Shown here in pieces: positions 62,723-64,000 of a stretch of DNA of 64,000 bases; positions within the stretch are counted from its first letter, which is position 1; the number at the start of each line of letters is the position of its first letter. Under the pieces are notes generated by a model. The model was not told the DNA's origin. It saw nothing but the letters and a program-made list of their open reading frames with translations, and did no database searches. A program made the position numbers and the translations under genes. Where the stretch lies: positions 284,714-348,713 of the forward strand of contig CAVWCP010000001.1 in NCBI GenBank assembly GCA_963753625.1. The letters run 5' to 3'. This DNA is from an uncultured Chloroflexia bacterium. GTDB lineage: Bacteria > Chloroflexota > Anaerolineae > Anaerolineales > Anaerolineaceae.

Positions 62723-64000
62723 ATGTTTCAAGGTCAATTTCAAACCACCCGACCACTGACTACCGCTCATCTGGCGCAAACGATGATGCTATTAAGTATG
62801 CCTGGTGAAGAACTCCGCCAGGAGATTGATGCAGCCCTTGCGGCTAATCCGGCGCTTGAAATGATTGAAGAGAGGCGCTGCCCAACCTGCCACCGCGTTC
62901 TATCTGACCACGGTAAATGCCCGGTCTGCAGCCTTCCAAAAACCGCTGATTCAGATGAACCGGTTGTTTTCCTTTCTCCACGGGATGATTTTATTCCGAA
63001 AAGGGATTATATCGATCCAGGATTGGAAAATGAACCGTTTTCCCCGGAAGTTGAAGAATTACCCACGTACGTTCTCAAACAGATTGCACCTGACCTGGAT
63101 CCAAATCAGCGAGCTGTGGCTGCTTACTTGTTAACACATCTTGATGAAGATGGTTTACTCACCACGACGGTACTTGAAGTGTCCAGGTATACTCACGCTC
63201 TGCCTTCAGAAGTGGAGAAGGTTAAAAGACTGATCCAGCACGCTGATCCAATCGGCGTTGGATCCAATACGACAACTGAGGCTCTTCTGATCCAGCTTGA
63301 AATCCTGCGGGAGACAGAAGATGTTCCTGAGACGGCTGAACGCGTGATCCAGGAAGGTATGAGTGAACTCAGTCACCATCAGTATGCTGAATTGGCGCAT
63401 AAGTTGGGCGTTTCGCTAAAGCAGGTGACATCGGCAGCCAAGTTCATTGGCGATAATCTCAATCCCTTCCCGGCAAGGTCTCACTGGGGTGATGTGCGTC
63501 AGCCGGTCAATGAAGGAACAGAGGTTTACCACCAGCCGGACATCATCATCAATTATTTGAATGACGATCCCACAAAACCATTAATGGTTGAGATCATCAT
63601 GCCTACCAGCGGTACTCTGCAAGTCAATCCGTTATTCAAGGAAGCAATCAAGCAGGCGACTGCGGATTCAAAAGCGGATCTCAAAGGTGACCTAGAAAAA
63701 GCATCCTTATTTGTAAAATGCCTGCAACAGCGCAATCACACCATGGAGAGGTTAATCACCAAAGTTGTGGGTATCCAGCGTGAATATATTTTGAATGGTG
63801 AGAAATACCTTCGGCCTGTGACACGGGCACAAATCTCACGTGAACTTGAAGTGCATGAATCCACGATCTCGCGGGCTGTTGCCAATAAGGCTGTTCAATT
63901 GCCCAACAGGCGGATTGTACCCCTGGCAGCTTTTTTTGATCGCAGCATGAATGTCCGCAGCGAATTGAAAGAGATCGTGCAGAATGAAAAATCACCACTC
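62723..64000 (+). CDS. rpoN: RNA polymerase sigma-54 factor, 3' end outside the window
   Basis: Hand-translated from ATG 62723 with no stop to the window end; it is absent from the ORF track because it has no stop. Region I is ..LAQTMMLLSMPGEELRQEIDAALAANPALE. The core-binding part is ..LIQHADPIGVGS... The DNA-binding part is RPVTRAQISRELEVHESTISRAVANKAVQLPNRRIVPLAAFF. Confidence 0.85.
   Translation, partial: MFQGQFQTTRPLTTAHLAQTMMLLSMPGEELRQEIDAALAANPALEMIEERRCPTCHRVLSDHGKCPVCSLPKTADSDEPVVFLSPRDDFIPKRDYIDPGLENEPFSPEVEELPTYVLKQIAPDLDPNQRAVAAYLLTHLDEDGLLTTTVLEVSRYTHALPSEVEKVKRLIQHADPIGVGSNTTTEALLIQLEILRETEDVPETAERVIQEGMSELSHHQYAELAHKLGVSLKQVTSAAKFIGDNLNPFPARSHWGDVRQPVNEGTEVYHQPDIIINYLNDDPTKPLMVEIIMPTSGTLQVNPLFKEAIKQATADSKADLKGDLEKASLFVKCLQQRNHTMERLITKVVGIQREYILNGEKYLRPVTRAQISRELEVHESTISRAVANKAVQLPNRRIVPLAAFFDRSMNVRSELKEIVQNEKSPL

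Overview
This is a 64-kb bacterial chromosomal segment made up mostly of housekeeping genes. Recognisable genes are glyA and gcvT (one-carbon metabolism), fmt, mutS, scpA, rnc-smc, rpsF-ssb-rpsR, relA/spoT, pfkA, prfB, ftsY, rlmN, clpP-tig, secDF, rpmF, hflX, trmFO and rpoN. There are also transporters (MATE, MFS), several flavoprotein and 2-hydroxyacid oxidoreductases, an ADP-forming acetyl-CoA synthetase, a membrane-anchored S8 protease next to an ECF sigma factor, and two tRNAs (Gln-CTG, Leu-TAG). The gene set and sequence style would fit a Chloroflexota/Anaerolineae-like organism, but that is only a guess. Two things stand out. (1) About two thirds of the recognisable protein genes can only be read by changing frame one to six times, and the breaks are clustered; smc, rnc, the ribosomal operon, MATE, glyA, gcvT and rpoN are intact. 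I read this as assembly or basecalling indels rather than biology, so many coordinates below are reconstructions from collinear ORF fragments. They are typed pseudogene because that is what the sequence as given shows. (2) The only clearly accessory stretch is a small AT-rich islet downstream of tRNA-Gln (about 27.6-30.3 kb). It holds an array of degenerate tRNA-Gln 3'-end copies, each with its own hairpin, and a small basic orphan protein with a GGQPGNTNALKHG motif. Upstream of that protein are a perfect 17-bp palindrome and 4.3 copies of a 96-bp tandem repeat carrying TGGCAA motifs. Further along are a promoter-plus-hairpin mini-unit and a PilZ-like orphan ORF. No integrase or recombinase is visible. 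Other items worth a second look are a possible SHMT-GcvT fusion across 4069-4260, a sigma-54 with a Cys4 zinc ribbon in region II, and a genuine prfB programmed +1 frameshift site (CTT TGA C) among the artefactual ones.
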